Origin: Methanocellales archaeon
GTDB taxonomy: Archaea; Halobacteriota; UBA148
Direction: 5' to 3'
NCBI GenBank assembly: GCA_028715985.1
Contig: JAQUQR010000002.1
Span: forward strand, 19,718 to 83,717
Length of the DNA: 64,000 nucleotides
The notes beneath the pieces were generated by a model. It was not told where the DNA came from. It worked only from the letters and a program-made list of their open reading frames with translations, and did not search any database. Made by a program: the position numbers and the translations under genes. Below, in pieces: positions 1 to 9,974 of the stretch; positions within the stretch are counted from its first letter, which is position 1; each line of letters starts with the position of its first letter.

Positions 1-301
1 GAATGCCGGATATTATGGCACCGACTGCAACTATCGCTTCGGATACGACATTAATCATCGCACAGGGTGCAACTCCGTTCTTCATGAGCTGATACAAAAC
101 GTATGAGCCCACCGTCGATCCTTTTCCTTGCGGAAAGACCAAAACGCGATTGGCAATTATCTCTGAAAAAAGCTCACTGCCTTCTTCGATGATTCTTCCA
201 CTAAGGGGGTCTACGCCGCCCAAAAAGGATATGGACTCAGACGTTACCAAGGCCCTTCCACTTGCAACGCCTCTGGAGATGGCTCGTCCTTTAATTTTCA
301 T
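1..301 (-). CDS. Aconitase-X swivel-domain small subunit (DUF126-like; phosphomevalonate dehydratase small subunit). The C-terminus runs off the window.
   Basis: My own minus-strand translation from ATG 301-299 gives [44 protein letters not shown]...[22 protein letters not shown]. The start abuts the stop of the large-subunit gene at 302-304. Confidence 0.75.
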   Translation of the reverse strand, partial: MKIKGRAISRGVASGRALVTSESISFLGGVDPLSGRIIEEGSELFSEIIANRVLVFPQGKGSTVGSYVLYQLMKNGVAPCAMINVVSEAIVAVGAIISGI

Positions 302-1453
302 TTAATCACAAGCGGTTCTTATGCAATCCTCTGTGGTAGCAAGTACGGCATCAACACCACACAAACTCGGCACATATTTCAGCGCTTTGCCCGAGTTCAC
401 CATCATCCTCTCAAAACGCTCACTTGCCGGCGAAACAACCATACATGTATCGCATATTATTTTGGCGCCACTCATTTCGATCTCCCTCACCAGATCGGGA
501 TTCTGCTCCTTCACCCAACGAGATGTGCAAATCCAAAGATCAGTAGTAACCTTCTTCCCGGAGAGCAGTCTTGATATGCGCCTCAATTCGTCTGTCGAAC
601 AGTGCGGGCATCCCAGGGCGATGATGTCTGGTCTGGACCTTTTTTCATATATTGCCTTGATATCTTTTAAGTCCAGCGATAGCCGCTCTCTTGGGCGATC
701 AAAACTCTTAGACTCCGGTGTAATTCCCTCCACGTGATATAATGCCACAGCTCCCGATGCTGCCATTGCAGCTCCAAGTGACTTCAATTCGTCAGGGGTT
801 GGCAGCGAATCCAACTGGAACAATGGGATATTATCTCTCAGTATCTCGCCCACCTCGTATCCAAGTGCACCGTAATCTGAATCATGCAGCTTGCCAATCA
901 CTCTTATCAAAACATCTGGAGCTCTATTCTCATCCAAGTGAAGCCCGTAGCAAGGCGTTTTTCCGATGATTGCAGCTGCCAAGGCACTCGGACCCCCCTC
1001 CCTGTTGGTTCTGACACCTAGGACGGAATTGGCGTAGGCTACCGCTGAGGATTCTGCCCATGCGAGATGCCCTCCAAATTTTGGGGGATCGATATAGTAG
1101 GGCGTACATGTGCACCCCAGATTTATGCCCAATCGTTCATATGCCCGCAATATTTCTTCTTGCTTCTCGGCAAATTTCGCGGGTATGCCCATAGCCTTCC
1201 AGTTCTCTCGATCCATGCCCGCCGGGTTCAGCGTCGATGGAACTTCGACCCTAGCATCTAGGTCGGAAATCCACTCCAGACCGGCATCACCAAGGGTCTT
1301 ATAGGAAACCCCGGATATCTGGGCACTGTCAATCGGAATCAAAGAGTTGGCACCGTAAATATCACCTAGAGAGACCAGAATCTCCATGGCTTTTTGCTTG
1401 GTGGCACCCAATTCGCCTTTGTAGATCGCTTCCTCCTCTTTTGTTAGATGCAT
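302..1453 (-). CDS. Aconitase-X catalytic large subunit (DUF521-like; phosphomevalonate dehydratase large subunit)
   Basis: 383-aa ORF. The N-terminus MHLTKEEEAIYKGELGATKQKAMEILVSLGDIYGA...IDSAQISGVSY is typical of AcnX type II large subunits. It is adjacent to the swivel subunit and to UbiD/UbiX. Confidence 0.8.
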   Translation of the reverse strand: MHLTKEEEAIYKGELGATKQKAMEILVSLGDIYGANSLIPIDSAQISGVSYKTLGDAGLEWISDLDARVEVPSTLNPAGMDRENWKAMGIPAKFAEKQEEILRAYERLGINLGCTCTPYYIDPPKFGGHLAWAESSAVAYANSVLGVRTNREGGPSALAAAIIGKTPCYGLHLDENRAPDVLIRVIGKLHDSDYGALGYEVGEILRDNIPLFQLDSLPTPDELKSLGAAMAASGAVALYHVEGITPESKSFDRPRERLSLDLKDIKAIYEKRSRPDIIALGCPHCSTDELRRISRLLSGKKVTTDLWICTSRWVKEQNPDLVREIEMSGAKIICDTCMVVSPASERFERMMVNSGKALKYVPSLCGVDAVLATTEDCIRTACD

Positions 1454-1476
1454 GCTAACCTAACCTCGCCTTGGCC

Positions 1477-2730
1477 TCAGAACACCCTCTTGAATCTCTC
1501 GGGGTTTTCAAGTGTCTTGGTGGCATCGACCCCCACCTTGGTGGAAACCCCATCTGACGTACAACACGGATCCAGAGAGGATCCCCGAACGTGAGGAAGT
1601 ATCAGGATGTCTCGATCCCCTCTCACCCGGGTTGCCACCGCATATTCCAATTCCCTTGGATCGGATATATCTATGTCCTCATCCACGATTAACACGTGCT
1701 TCAGGCTGGTGTGAGCGGCAAAAGCCATCATGATAGCCTTTTTCCCATCGCTCTCGGTCTGCTTCTCTATCTGAACGACGGCATGGAGATAGCAACATCC
1801 GCCCTCCGTCAGCACGACATTTTTCACCTTAGTTACGCTTCCTACCGCCCTGTAAATACTGGGCTCATATGGTACTCCCATAAGCAGGCGATGCTCACCT
1901 CCAGAAGGTATTATGCCGTGATAGATCGGATCAGAGCGACGTATCATCCGAGTCAGCTCGATCACAGGCTCCTCGCGAACGATGTCATAGGTGCCTGTTA
2001 TGTCCACAAATGGACCTTCCTTTGCCCTCTTCGTTGGATGCATATATCCCTCAAGCACTATTTCGGCATCTGGCACTGCGACTCCATTTTCGCATCTCAT
2101 GAGCTTAACGGGCTCACCTCTTAATGCAGAAGCATAATTAAATTCCTCTCCCACAGGAACCCTCGTGCAAGAAGCGAATAACGTGATGGGGTCCATGCCG
2201 ATAACTATCGCCACCGGCAGTGGTTCACCCCTCTGGGCTGCCTTTTGATGCAGGGTGTACGTGTGGCGCGGTGGTACCAATCTCGCCGCCAATTCGGTCT
2301 TGTTCAGAACCATCAGTCTGTGGATGGATGCATTCTGAACATCATCCAATCTCGAGACCACAACGCCAGCGGTTATATACGGACGCTCTCCTTTAAAATG
2401 GGTCAGTATCGGGAGCTTGGAAAGATCTGGCTTACTTATTTCATCCAAAAGCAGATCGTCTTCCGTAACGATCGCCTTGCCGCATTTAATCTTTGAGAGG
2501 CGCATCGCAATCTCTTCTTTGGGAATGTTTAACGCTTTAGAGAGTAAATCACGCGATCCCAGGAGGTTCATCACGACTTTCGACCCGTCAACATCATGGA
2601 AAAGGGTGGTGCCGCTTTTCTTGGCAATGGCAACTGCCTCCAGGTTGGATGACACCCGCTTATGAACTTCAACCAGCCCACCCTCTCCAGCGATCCGGTC
2701 TATGAAATCCCTAAAACTCAAGGACTCCAC
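1477..2730 (-). CDS. UbiD-family decarboxylase, probably trans-anhydromevalonate-5-phosphate decarboxylase
   Basis: 417-aa ORF with UbiD-like sequence throughout. It is short compared with bacterial UbiD. It overlaps ubiX by 13 nt and lies next to AcnX. GTG start. Confidence 0.7.
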   Translation of the reverse strand: MESLSFRDFIDRIAGEGGLVEVHKRVSSNLEAVAIAKKSGTTLFHDVDGSKVVMNLLGSRDLLSKALNIPKEEIAMRLSKIKCGKAIVTEDDLLLDEISKPDLSKLPILTHFKGERPYITAGVVVSRLDDVQNASIHRLMVLNKTELAARLVPPRHTYTLHQKAAQRGEPLPVAIVIGMDPITLFASCTRVPVGEEFNYASALRGEPVKLMRCENGVAVPDAEIVLEGYMHPTKRAKEGPFVDITGTYDIVREEPVIELTRMIRRSDPIYHGIIPSGGEHRLLMGVPYEPSIYRAVGSVTKVKNVVLTEGGCCYLHAVVQIEKQTESDGKKAIMMAFAAHTSLKHVLIVDEDIDISDPRELEYAVATRVRGDRDILILPHVRGSSLDPCCTSDGVSTKVGVDATKTLENPERFKRVF

Positions 2731-3275
2731 CTCTCGGATAGGTCATTCTCCATTCCCAAGAGGTCCAGAATGCGCCCCACTAGGATGTCTATTATGTCGG
2801 AAGTGGTCTTGGGCTTGGAGTAAAAGCTCGGGCAGGCAGGCATGACCATAGCTCCTGCTCGTTTTATTTTTACCATGTTCTCCATATGGACTAAACTGAG
2901 GGGGGTCTCCCTCGGCACCAAAATCAATTTTCTGCCTTCTTTCAGACAGATATCCCCTATTCGCGTTATCAGTGTGGAAGAGATGCCATTGGCGATGGAC
3001 CCCAGGGTTCTCATGCTGCACGGCACGATGACCGCTGCATCAAACCGATAGGAGCCGCTGGCGATCGCAGCGGTCAAATCATCCGGTGCATATGCATGCG
3101 ATGCAAGCCGTGTGACATCCTCCAGTTCATACTCAGTTTCAATTTTCAAGATCAATTTAGCGTTCTCCGATATGATGAGGTGGGTTTCAGCCCTATCTCG
3201 CAATACCTCGAGCAACCTGACACCATATTGCACTCCGGAGGCACCGCTTATCCCAACAACTATCTCATTCAACAA
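2718..3275 (-). CDS. ubiX: Flavin prenyltransferase UbiX (prenylated-FMN synthase)
   Basis: 185-aa ORF with the N-terminal IVVGISGASG nucleotide-binding signature and UbiX-like length. TTG start. Confidence 0.85.
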   Translation of the reverse strand: MLNEIVVGISGASGVQYGVRLLEVLRDRAETHLIISENAKLILKIETEYELEDVTRLASHAYAPDDLTAAIASGSYRFDAAVIVPCSMRTLGSIANGISSTLITRIGDICLKEGRKLILVPRETPLSLVHMENMVKIKRAGAMVMPACPSFYSKPKTTSDIIDILVGRILDLLGMENDLSERWSP

Positions 3276-4422
3276 GATAATCCCTCGCGACTTTCTCTAC
3301 TTTAGCCCTATGTTCCTCTGGCGTGTACACGCCCAGCTTCCAGTTATCCCATTGCGCGTTCACCAAGGTACGCACGAGCTGAGAAACTTCATCCAAATGC
3401 TTCATTTCATCTTTGATCACTATTTTCGACCTGCCCTCGGCGATCTCCAGTAGCTTGGGAATATCCAACAAAACATAGCCCTCCGGAAGCCCGGCTTCCC
3501 TGGCCATTTCGCTCTCAATTTTTTTAGATTGATTCTGGAACTCCAACACTCTCTCGATGTCCACTGAGTCCTTTCCCATGTAAATCGCTCGTTTGAACAA
3601 CCTGCGGCGGTCCATTCGCTCTGCGATATCATGTGGATACCCTTTTGCGCTTCTTAGCGTCGCCATCAGCTCAGAGTCGTCCATCCTTTTTAACATGCTT
3701 GGCTCCAGCCCGGCTTCTATCAACGCCTCAGTGGCATGTGAAAGCATTGCCTCACCGATCCTGCTCACATGATGGAAATAGACAGTTGGGTGCATCAGAA
3801 AGCGGGATATGAGCAGGGATTCTGCGGCCTGCAACCCGCCTTCCCTTACCACCAACAATTCGTCCCTGAACTCCATCTCATATATCAAGCGCACATAGTC
3901 GATGACTCCGTATGCGACACCTGTATAATATGCATCCCTTACCAGATAATCCATTCTGTCCGCATCGAGTTCGCTGTTTATCAACTGTCCAAGCGGCGTC
4001 TCACCCAGAATGAGTTTTGAGACGTGAGAGGGGTCGATTGACCGAGATTCCAAGATATCTGCAATTTCACCCATCATAATAATCTCGCCCACATCATCGT
4101 GATTTTTGCCGGTATATCTCTCCAAGATGCCTTCTGTAGAATGTGAAAACGGCCCGTGCCCAATATCATGCAACAATGCAGCTGCCCGAACTTCATCCCG
4201 CTCTTTGTCATCGATGCTCAATGTCTTTAAGAGCATATCCACCAAATGCAGTGTTCCAAGTGAGTGCTCGAATCTGGTGTGATTAGCGCCAGGATATACA
4301 AAATTTGATAGACCGAGTTGCCGAATGCGCCTTAGGCGTTGTACCTCTGGTGTGTCGATAAGTTCCAGTGCAAGCCCATCCAATAGTATGTAACCATGGA
4401 CCGGGTCCTTAACGACTTTCAT
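3265..4422 (-). CDS. HD-domain metal-dependent phosphohydrolase (SAMHD1/dGTPase-like)
   Basis: 385 aa with motifs FEHSLGT, LLHDIGHGPFSH and DADRMDYLVRD. It overlaps the ubiX start by 11 nt. Confidence 0.8.
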   Translation of the reverse strand: MKVVKDPVHGYILLDGLALELIDTPEVQRLRRIRQLGLSNFVYPGANHTRFEHSLGTLHLVDMLLKTLSIDDKERDEVRAAALLHDIGHGPFSHSTEGILERYTGKNHDDVGEIIMMGEIADILESRSIDPSHVSKLILGETPLGQLINSELDADRMDYLVRDAYYTGVAYGVIDYVRLIYEMEFRDELLVVREGGLQAAESLLISRFLMHPTVYFHHVSRIGEAMLSHATEALIEAGLEPSMLKRMDDSELMATLRSAKGYPHDIAERMDRRRLFKRAIYMGKDSVDIERVLEFQNQSKKIESEMAREAGLPEGYVLLDIPKLLEIAEGRSKIVIKDEMKHLDEVSQLVRTLVNAQWDNWKLGVYTPEEHRAKVEKVARDYLVE

Positions 4423-4431
4423 CGCTTATAA

Positions 4432-5790
4432 ATGGTTTTTTCACATTATAATGTTTTTCTGATGACGAGGTTTTTGCAAAAAAATATTAAACCCATTAAC
4501 ATCCAACTTAAACAGGTGAAGTGGCTTAACAAAATCTTTGGCAGAGAGAAGATACCAACTACAACCGCCTTCGATGATATAGATGCTTGGCTTGAAACAG
4601 CTTCGGGAGCACTGTTTCCTAGCTTGAGCACAACTGCCAGCAGAGTATATGGGGAGATAGAGGATGTACGAGATAGACTTAGGCAAAATATCTCCAAGAT
4701 TCAGGATGCCGAGCCAGCTGAGAATATACCCAGTCCTATCACAAAATCGGGATTGAACGCTCGCGATAAGATGGTGAAACGTCTTAATTACCTGGTAGAA
4801 AAGATGTCGATCCCGACTCAAACCGATTATAAAACGATTTTATCTTTCCATAGGATGATGACCTCAAACATGGAATTTGCACTGGCAATTCCACAGAAGA
4901 ACATCTATTATATTAGGTCACTATTTCCTGATGAGGTTGAGAAGATCGTCTCAAATCTCGATCGACTGAAAACCATTTTTAACAAACTCATTGTGCCTCT
5001 ATTAAAAAAGGAAAGTAAGATAGTGAGTCTGGATAAGGTGCCAGAGATAGTACGAAGTGTAAAGGATATCAGATCCACAATAGAGAAACAAAAAGAAATG
5101 GTCAGCGATCGAGAAGAGGAGATAACCGCGCTCGAAAAGAGAATCGAAGCGGAGGAGGAAAGAATAAGGATACTTGAAGAAGGGGAAGAGTGGATGCGTT
5201 TACAAGAGCTTGGAAACGAATTATCCTCGTTAGAAAAAGAGTTGAACGGGTTCGAAGCGGATTTGACCAGGCTTCTCTCCCCGATTGACAAGGCGCTCAA
5301 ACTCTTGAAGAAACAGGATGAAACTGGTCGGCATACACTTGCTCTTGAAGATAGAAGGGTGCTATCCTTGATATTATCATCGCCGATTCATGCGCTAGAT
5401 GAGAACGTTGGCGATTTTCTTCACACTCTACGGCACATCATCGAAGGAGATGTCCTCCCTCTAAAAGGGCGAAGGCGAGATAAGACATTGCGATGGATAG
5501 ACCATCTGTTAAATGCTGAGATATTATCTCTCAGGGAGAGGCGCAATATTCTGCAGTCAAATATAGGAAAGACCAAAGATCAACTTTCAGGACTAACGAT
5601 ATTAAAAGATAGAAGGGAGATCGAACGATCGATCATTTCAGCCAAGGGGCAACTCGCTCGATTACAAGAAGAGACGGATCGCTCTAAAAAGCATATAGAT
5701 TCGTTGGAAAAGAGCCTCGATGGTGAAGTAAGGTTATTATTAAAAGCTCTGGAGGATATTGCGGGCAAGAAGATCGATGTTAATTTGTAG
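4432..5790 (+). CDS. Coiled-coil protein of unknown function (start uncertain; GTG at 4516 is plausible)
   Basis: Long ORF rich in E/K/L/R heptad-like sequence. As drawn, its start is only 10 nt from the divergent HD gene, so a later start is likely. Confidence 0.5.
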   Translation: MVFSHYNVFLMTRFLQKNIKPINIQLKQVKWLNKIFGREKIPTTTAFDDIDAWLETASGALFPSLSTTASRVYGEIEDVRDRLRQNISKIQDAEPAENIPSPITKSGLNARDKMVKRLNYLVEKMSIPTQTDYKTILSFHRMMTSNMEFALAIPQKNIYYIRSLFPDEVEKIVSNLDRLKTIFNKLIVPLLKKESKIVSLDKVPEIVRSVKDIRSTIEKQKEMVSDREEEITALEKRIEAEEERIRILEEGEEWMRLQELGNELSSLEKELNGFEADLTRLLSPIDKALKLLKKQDETGRHTLALEDRRVLSLILSSPIHALDENVGDFLHTLRHIIEGDVLPLKGRRRDKTLRWIDHLLNAEILSLRERRNILQSNIGKTKDQLSGLTILKDRREIERSIISAKGQLARLQEETDRSKKHIDSLEKSLDGEVRLLLKALEDIAGKKIDVNL

Positions 5791-6156
5791 GTCAGAATCT
5801 GTGAAAGCCTTCAAACTCAAATGGACAAGAGCATGATGTACATAGGAGATTTATAGCAATATAGAGAGAACTGAGAAAAAGGTCCTAGAAGACTTAAGAT
5901 TCTATTGAGTCATTTTTAGAAGTTCTTCAGTTTTAGAAAAATTGGTGAGATTTCGGGTAAAAGAGAAGAAGAAAATGATTTTTTTGTACTGTAAAATTTT
6001 CGGTTGATAGTTTCAATAAGACTGTTGATACTATGGGATTAATGTATTTCCACTACCGTATTTTCAAAAGAAAAGATTAGGGGAAGGTTTATTTTTTGTT
6101 ATATAAAGGTATCTACAAGACCAAAAAAATATAATTCCCTTCAAAGGGTGAGGCAG

Positions 6157-7523
6157 ATGAAAAACAAAATCTCAAAGCTTTTGGTTTTGTTTATAATTTT
6201 TGCAGTTGGGTTCAGTTCACTTAACGGTATGACGATCGCAGCGAATAGCCCAGCAATACAAACGGTTGATGTACCAGAAGGAACTCTTTGAAGGATCCCA
6301 AACCCAATTTCGCGATATCTTCATCAGCTAGACTCTACGTCCCTGATAACTACCTAACGATTCAAGCCGCTATCGATAATGCAAGTGACGGAGACACCAT
6401 AATCGTGAGTGACGGCATCTATGTTGAAAACATAGATGTAAACAAGAGTTTAACAATACGATCTGAGAATGGTGCGGATTTTACATATGTTTATGCTCAA
6501 ATGTCATATCGTTATGTCTTTAATGTAACCGCAGATTACGTAAACATAAGCGGATTCACGGTTAGTGGAGCAAGTTATTCTAGTGGGATATATCTCGGAA
6601 GTGACACAGACCACTGTAATATCAAAGACAATAAAGTGGTGGATAACGTACAAGGATATGGCATCTCCTTATATTATTCCAGCAACAACACCATATCAAA
6701 CAACAACGCCTCGGATAACGACGATAATGGAATCGAACTCTATTATTCCAGCAACAACACCATATCAAACAACAACGCCTCGGATAACGACGATAATGGA
6801 ATCGAACTCTATTATTCCAGCAGCAACACCCTATCAAACAACAACGCCTCAAACAACTATCATGGGATCATCCTCTGGTCTTCTAGCAGCAACACCATCT
6901 ACAACAACTATCTCGACAACACGAACAATCCCTTCGATAATGGAAACAATATCTGGAATATCAGTAAAACTTTAGGAACAAACATAATCGATGGATATTA
7001 TCTCGGAGGAAAACTACTGGAGCGATTACACAGGCGTTGATATGGATGGGGATGGACTTGGAGATATATATTACGACATTTCAGGTGGCACAAACAAGGA
7101 TTATTTGCCAGTTGTAGAACCACCTTCTGTCTTTGACACAGGTACCGGTACATCACCGAGCATCTCAGGAACGCACAGCGGCATGATCGTAATGTCGTCC
7201 CATGTCAATGTCTCCCATATGCACACTTATCCGTGTGCAGGAACTGGAGGACATGCAGAATCCGTTAAAATATGGAATTCGACGTGGAATGCAACTGCAA
7301 CCTGGAATGATTACAGCGGAGACTATCACAACATAACCTTTGACGAATCTTTCATATTAAGAGCAGGGGGGCATACAATTACACGATCATAACAGGCTCT
7401 TATCCGCAGATAATACATGCAACCAGTAAGGCAGTGACAGGTGGAACGATCACCTGCACACCGTTCACCGATGCAAATGGTGTCACCTATAACGACTGGA
7501 TTCCTGCGATTAGGTTGGAGTAA
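6157..7523 (+). pseudogene. Secreted right-handed beta-helix (NosD/PbH1-repeat) surface protein, interrupted by three frameshifts
   Basis: A signal-peptide ORF (ATG 6157, MKNKISKLLVLFIIFAVGFSSLNG...) stops at 6289-6291. The beta-helix body continues in frame 3 (6288-7040). The expected GGNYWSDYTG.D.DGDG motif is split at an A4 run (7010-7013) into frame 1. At a G6 run (7366-7371) the reading frame returns to frame 3 and continues to the stop at 7521-7523. Confidence 0.7.
6672..6809 (+). repeat. Two perfect 69-bp tandem copies (23-aa PbH1-type repeat YYSSNNTISNNNASDNDDNGIEL), flanked by diverged copies
   Basis: I compared 6672-6740 and 6741-6809 base by base and they are identical. A diverged third copy follows from 6810. 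Confidence 0.9.
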
Positions 7524-7610
7524 AAAGCCTGTTTTACCTAGTATTAAAAACACTAATGCCATAACAATGAAACCCTAAATCATTTCTCTCCTCTTGGTTT
7601 AAAATCTTAA

Positions 7611-8204
<594 letters not shown>

Positions 8205-8214
8205 AGGTGATGAA

Positions 8215-8628
8215 ATGAACAAAATTAAACTTGGATTTGTGGTATCAGAATTTAACAGGGACATAACCCATCAAATGGAATTGCTCGGAAAGGAGCATGC
8301 AGAGTTTCTTGGGGCATCTGTAGAAAAAACGATATATGTGCCGGGCGTTTATGACATGCCTTTGGCCATCAAGAAATTGGCTAAGAATGAAAACATAGAG
8401 GCAATAGTCACCCTGGGAAGTGTGATAGAGGGTGCCACAGAGCACGATGAAGTTATCATGCAGCATGCCGTCCGCAAAATCTTAGACATATCCGTGGACT
8501 TTGACAAGCCAGTAGCACTTGGCATTTCCGGTCCGGGAATGACCAGATTGGAGGCGCATGAACGCATCGATTATGCAAAGAGAGCCGTTGAGTCAGCAGT
8601 GAAAATGATTAAAAGAATGCGGGAATGA
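8215..8628 (+). CDS. ribH: 6,7-dimethyl-8-ribityllumazine synthase
   Basis: 137 aa: KLGFVVSEFNRDIT...VPGVYDMPLA...IVTLGSVIEGATEHDEVI. Confidence 0.85.
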   Translation: MNKIKLGFVVSEFNRDITHQMELLGKEHAEFLGASVEKTIYVPGVYDMPLAIKKLAKNENIEAIVTLGSVIEGATEHDEVIMQHAVRKILDISVDFDKPVALGISGPGMTRLEAHERIDYAKRAVESAVKMIKRMRE

Positions 8629-9758
8629 TGTCAAAAAGGTTGGATGGGATCGAAGAATCCGCAACCTTCAGAGTTGCCGATCTTGCAAACAGGCTGAATA
8701 GAGCCGGAAAAGACGTTATCAGCTTTAGCCTTGGCGAGCCGGATTTTGATACACCCTCACACATCAGAGAGTCAGCCAAAAAGGCATTGGATGAAGGAAA
8801 AACGCACTACACGCCCTCTGCTGGAATATTGGAGCTAAGAGAGAGCATCGCCAACAAGTTCAAAGAAAACGGCTTGGAGGTAACTCCAAATGACATTATC
8901 GTTACACCTGGTGCAAAACAAACCATATTTGAGGCTATTCTAGCCGTACTCAACGAAGGCGACGAGGCAATCTTGTTTGAGCCTGCTTGGGTCTCATATG
9001 GCCCATGCATAAAACTTGCAGGAGCGAAACCCGTAGGCGTTCCTGTGAGCGGGGAGAATTTTAAGCCAGAGGGCTTCGAAGAGTTTGTCACCAAAAAGAC
9101 CAAAATGATAATCGTGAACTCTCCGTGCAATCCGACCGGAGCTGTCTTTGACCTTAGTAACCTCAAAATGATCGCTGATATCGCAATGGATCATGATTTA
9201 CTCGTGCTATCTGATGAGATTTATGAAAAGATTCTCTACAATGGCGAACACATCAGCATCGGCCGGTTGGATGGCATGCAAGACAGAACGATCACCATCA
9301 ATGGATTTTCCAAAACATATGCGATGACCGGCTGGCGCTTGGGATATGCCACCGCACCAAAGGAAGTTATAGGGGACATGCTCAAACTACAACAACATTC
9401 CGCCAGCTGTGCCACTTCATTCGCTCAATATGGGGGCATAGCGGCACTAGAAGGACCACAAGAGTGCATTACAGAGATGGTAAACGAGTTCAAAGCACGT
9501 AGAGACCTCGTTGTAGAGGGGCTTACCGACTTGGGCATGAAATGCAAAAAACCTGATGGCACCTTCTATGTTTTTGCAAACGTCGGTCAGTTTGGAAGCG
9601 GTGAGGATGTGGCAGAGCGTTTGCTGAGGGATGCATATGTTGCAGTAACGCCAGGCATCGCATTTGGACCATCTGGAGAGGATTATATAAGGATTTCATA
9701 TGCCATTTCTCAAGCTCGCATTTCAGAGGGCTTGGACCGACTTCAGAAAGTCTTATAA
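8625..9758 (+). CDS. Class I PLP-dependent aminotransferase (aspartate aminotransferase-like)
   Basis: 377 aa with motifs LGEPDFDTP, NSPCNPTG, and SKTYAMTGWRLGY (the PLP lysine). Confidence 0.85.
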   Translation: MMSKRLDGIEESATFRVADLANRLNRAGKDVISFSLGEPDFDTPSHIRESAKKALDEGKTHYTPSAGILELRESIANKFKENGLEVTPNDIIVTPGAKQTIFEAILAVLNEGDEAILFEPAWVSYGPCIKLAGAKPVGVPVSGENFKPEGFEEFVTKKTKMIIVNSPCNPTGAVFDLSNLKMIADIAMDHDLLVLSDEIYEKILYNGEHISIGRLDGMQDRTITINGFSKTYAMTGWRLGYATAPKEVIGDMLKLQQHSASCATSFAQYGGIAALEGPQECITEMVNEFKARRDLVVEGLTDLGMKCKKPDGTFYVFANVGQFGSGEDVAERLLRDAYVAVTPGIAFGPSGEDYIRISYAISQARISEGLDRLQKVL

Positions 9759-9974
9759 ATGTTTAAAAAGACAAATCAAAAAATCGATGACCTGGGAGTA
9801 AGACAAGTTCAACTTTAGGTATATCAAGAGTCCTTTATGTAAATGTAATAATATAAATAGTTGCAAAAAGTACTAGTACGATCATCATGGGAAAACGAAG
9901 ATAGTAAGAGTGAACTTAGGTTTTGAGTTTACATAATCTGGAGATCAATTAAGCGTTTATAGGGCAGGATTAAA

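Noticed and set aside
321-1304. Plus-strand ORFs (321-737, 742-969, 1067-1261, 1110-1304) opposite the AcnX large-subunit gene
   Set aside because: They are short, Ser/Pro/Arg-rich and lack motifs. The minus-strand 383-aa ORF has clear family similarity. These are typical antisense shadow ORFs, and the same logic applies to most short opposite-strand ORFs in the track.
6565-6975. Alternative-frame ORFs (6565-6975 plus strand, 6622-6852 minus strand) with striking repeated TTPYQTTTPRITTIMESNSIIPA and CCLIWCCCWNNRVRFHYRRYPRR strings
   Set aside because: Their periodicity simply reflects the 69-bp tandem repeat of the beta-helix gene read in other frames. The beta-helix frame has recognisable PbH1-type repeats.
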